Assembly: GCF_001194135.2 (NCBI RefSeq)
Contig: NC_068988.1
Span: 66,449,011-66,497,825, forward strand
DNA: 48,815 nucleotides
From: Octopus bimaculoides
Taxonomy: Eukaryota
Direction of reading: 5' to 3'
Shown here: piece after piece, positions 46,018 to 48,815 of the stretch
How positions within the stretch are numbered: the stretch's first letter is position 1
Layout: each line of letters opens with the position of its first letter
Position numbers and translations under genes: made by a program
The notes under the pieces: model-generated
Told to the model about the DNA's origin: nothing
The model's database searches: none
What the model saw: only the letters and a program-made list of their open reading frames with translations

Positions 46018-46435
46018 ACACACACACACACGCACCACACGCCCTCATACGCACACAGGACCACATAATTTTAAGCTCGCGCACACATACATTCACAGGC
46101 GCTCGACCCCATTTACACATATACACTTACACAAACCATACTTACAGAGACTCGCGTTTGTGCATCCTAGTTCAGCCGGGCCACCGTTATTATCTCCCTT
46201 TCACTCACCTTTTCATTATTTGGCCATTTCATCATGTTAAACCGTTAATCCTAACACATTTTTTCCCACTCTGTTTTTTCCGTTCTCCCTCCATTTTTTC
46301 CTCTCAACCATTTCTGTCGAAGAGCGTAGACTCGAAACGTCAAAGATCTTTCCATTCTTCCCGATCGTCAAACTAATACACCTGTTTGTTATTCCCTCAC
46401 CTGTCTTTGTTTTTGGTTTTCAGTAAATTTGAAAT
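45795..46435 (+). mobile_element. Probable Penelope-like terminal (pLTR-like) region with CA-rich body
   Basis: 46250-46430 is homologous to the insert at 20059-20237 and contains the gaagagcgtagactcgaaacgtc motif. Upstream sequence is strongly A/C-skewed. PLE assignment is inference. Confidence 0.5.
46311..46345 (+). ncRNA. Degenerate minimal type-I hammerhead-like motif
   Basis: ttt-CTGTCGA-a-GAGCgtagACTC-GAAAC-GTC-aaag. Stems I, II and a palindromic stem III are in hammerhead order, but core position 6 is T rather than A. Confidence 0.35.
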
Positions 46436-46440
46436 ATATA

Positions 46441-46847
46441 TAGGCACAGGAATGGCTGTGTGGTAAGTAGCTTGCTTACCAGGTTCCGGGTTCAGTCCCA
46501 CTGTGTGGCATCTTGGGCAAGTGTCTTCTACTATAGCCTCGGGCCGACCAAAGCCTTATGAGTGGATTTGGTAGACGGAAACTGAATGAAGCCCGTCGTA
46601 TATATGTATGTATATATATATATGTATATGTGTGTTTGTGGGTCTGTGTTTGTTCCCCCTAGCATTGCTTGACAACCGATGCTAGTGTGTTTATGTCCCC
46701 GTCACTTAGCGGTTCAGCAAAAGCGACCGATGGTATAAGTACTAGGCTTACAAAGAATAAGTCCTGGGGTCGATTTGCTCGACTTAAGGCGGTGCTCCAG
46801 CATGGCCGCAGTCAAATGACTGAAACAAGTAAAAGAGTAAAAGAGTA
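46441..46847 (+). mobile_element. Young SINE with internal microsatellite
   Basis: caggaatggctgtgtggtaagtagcttgc...gaagcccgtcgtatatat...(TG)n...gcatggccgcagtcaaatgactgaaacaagtaaaagagtaaaagagt. Confidence 0.92.
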
Positions 46848-48026
46848 TAGATACTCATGTATATATAAATCAAATCTAAAATTAAAGAATTAAGGTTCAG
46901 AAAGTAGGCGTTACATGCAGTAACCAAACCTTGTTTCAGGGTTGAGTCCCCAGTAGTGTGCCTGCAAAGCACACCCACCAGGGAGCAGTACAGTATGAAG
47001 CCGAAACGATTGTTGTACTAATAAATGCTTCTAGTTACACTCCGTTTTCCGTATTAATATATTAAACCACAGAGAGAGGGAGAGAAAGCTTTTTGTCTGT
47101 GTCTGCCTATCTCTGTCTATATAGCTATCACCTGTGTATTTTTCTACATTTTTAACTACTTATCTATATCCATATATATGTGTGTGTATGCACCTGTCTG
47201 TCTATCTATCTATCGATCTATCAACGCACTATCTATTCATCTATCTCAGTATGGTTGTATATTTCTTCACACATATTTCAGGCAACCACTTCAATATTTC
47301 CCAACATCAAATAAATCGACAACAACTGAAACACTCACATTAAGGACGCCAATATCTGGTTTAGCCGGGCATTAGAAAAAGCACAGCTTACTTCATTCAG
47401 TATTGAACCGAGATATCACTGAACTGGAAACCAAGATTCTCATTCTGTGTTAGTTGCGATTGTGGGTGTGTCTTTAATTAAAGGGGCAGAACATCAAAAT
47501 AAATTCTGCCTCGCCACTGAAATAAGAGGCGACGCGTTGTCTATATTGGCTCTTAATTAGAATAGAAGAAATGTACTTTTGTTCTTTGGTGAAAACTAAA
47601 AATCGGGGAAAATATAATTTGATCTTCTTTTCCTTTGTCAACTCTAGGAATTTCATCGTCTTTTTTCTTCTTTTCATTTTCTGAAACAAAAACAAGAAAA
47701 ATATAATGTGTTGTCGTTGAATAACAAGATTCGTGTTTAAATTAGTTGTACTAAAAGTCATAAGTCAGTCGAGAGATTAAATACGTTTTTATACCGGTGG
47801 AAATAGGAGAATGATCGATCATGCTTTCAACCTGTGTGTCTATAAACACACAGACACACACATATATGTGTATGTGTATGTATATATGTATATATCTATG
47901 TATGTGTGTATATATATATGTATATATAAATATATCTATATATATATAAATATACGTATATATACATATGTATGTATATATATGTGTGTGTGTGTGTATG
48001 TGTGTGCGTATGTGTGTGTGTGTGTT

Positions 48027-48063
<37 letters not shown>

Positions 48064-48239
48064 NNNNNNNNNNNNNNNNNNNNNNNNNNNNNNNNNNNNN
48101 NNNNNNNNNNNNNNNNNNNNNNNNNNNNNNNNNNNNNNNNNNNNNNNNNNNNNNNNNNNNNNNNNNNNNNNNNNNNNNNNNNNNNNNNNNNNNNNNNNNN
48201 NNNNNNNNNNNNNNNNNNNNNNNNNNNNNNNNNNNNNNN

Positions 48240-48297
<58 letters not shown>

Positions 48298-48519
48298 TTG
48301 TGTGTCTGTGTTTGACCCACCAGTATCGCCGAAACGTCCAAGAAACTCTCAATAGTATTCTTGTTTAAGAATAATATACACAAGCACACACACAAATACA
48401 CACACGCACAAACACAAACACGCACACATATATATACATATGAGAAAGAGAGATGATAAAGGAATAAGCGATTATCTTATGAACTTCATTAGCTTGTAGC
48501 TGTTTCTGCTGTGGTGTTC

Positions 48520-48743
48520 TACTGTTTCAGTCATTTGACTGCAGCCATGCTGTAGCACCGCCTCAAAGGGTGAGAGTCGAAGAAATCAAACCGAGGACTT
48601 ATTCTTTGGAAGCCTAGTACTTATTCTATCGGTTTCTTTTTTCGAACCGCTAAATTACGGAGACATAAATACACCAACATCGGTTGTCAAGCGATAGTGG
48701 TGGTTGACGGGGGTTAAACACAGACACACACATACAAATCTAT

Positions 48744-48815
<72 letters not shown>
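48520..48815 (-). mobile_element. SINE with internal microsatellite; 3' half only, continues past the window end
   Basis: tgtttcagtcatttgactgcagccatgc...catcggttgtcaagcg...(CA)n(TA)n. Confidence 0.88.

Larger units (their letters stand above)
1..48815. other. Assembly gaps (N-runs) at 2123-2415, 4884-5243, 6498-6948, 9331-9773, 18495-18504, 23237-23535, 25136-25145, 29281-29537, 36773-36822, 41430-42348, 44842-45764, 48064-48239
   Basis: Seen directly; about 4190 N in total. Most are flanked by (TA)n, (CA)n or (GA)n tracts; the others sit in SINEs or unique sequence. Confidence 0.98.

Noticed and set aside
1974-48425. Long ORFs in the supplied track made of X runs or HT/CV/YI/SL/RE dipeptides
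   Set aside because: Artefacts of N-gaps and dinucleotide or tetranucleotide microsatellites; no coding signal.
1-48815. CRISPR arrays, rRNA genes, prokaryotic operons or viral genes
   Set aside because: None seen; no regularly spaced repeat-spacer structure and no gene-dense segment.

Overview
AT-rich, repeat-saturated animal genomic DNA from a gapped draft assembly: 12 N-runs totalling about 4.2 kb, mostly next to microsatellites. The repeat repertoire suggests a coleoid cephalopod, probably Octopus; this is inference from recalled SINE/LINE families, not a database hit. The only convincing host coding sequence is one 105-nt + strand exon at 21607-21711, which the ORF track misses. It encodes part of the kinase-homology domain of a receptor guanylyl cyclase (NPR1/NPR2-like), so much of the window is probably intron of that gene. 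The rest is transposon debris: many tRNA-derived SINEs (several with TSDs, and heads and tails swapped between families); RTE-clade LINE fragments; a decayed Penelope-like element (RT C-terminus to GIY-YIG endonuclease); 3' ends of two R4/Dong-like elements embedded in different microsatellites; a full-length decayed DD34D mariner; a mariner made of two inverted 5' ends; a Tc1/mariner remnant; an internally deleted Chapaev3-like element; and two hAT elements. A possible decayed intronless LRR-receptor gene lies at about 7750-8870, and several short motifs resemble hammerhead ribozymes. Nearly all ORFs in the supplied track are artefacts of microsatellites or gaps. I cannot support a wholly new biological system; the best leads are ranked in the findings.
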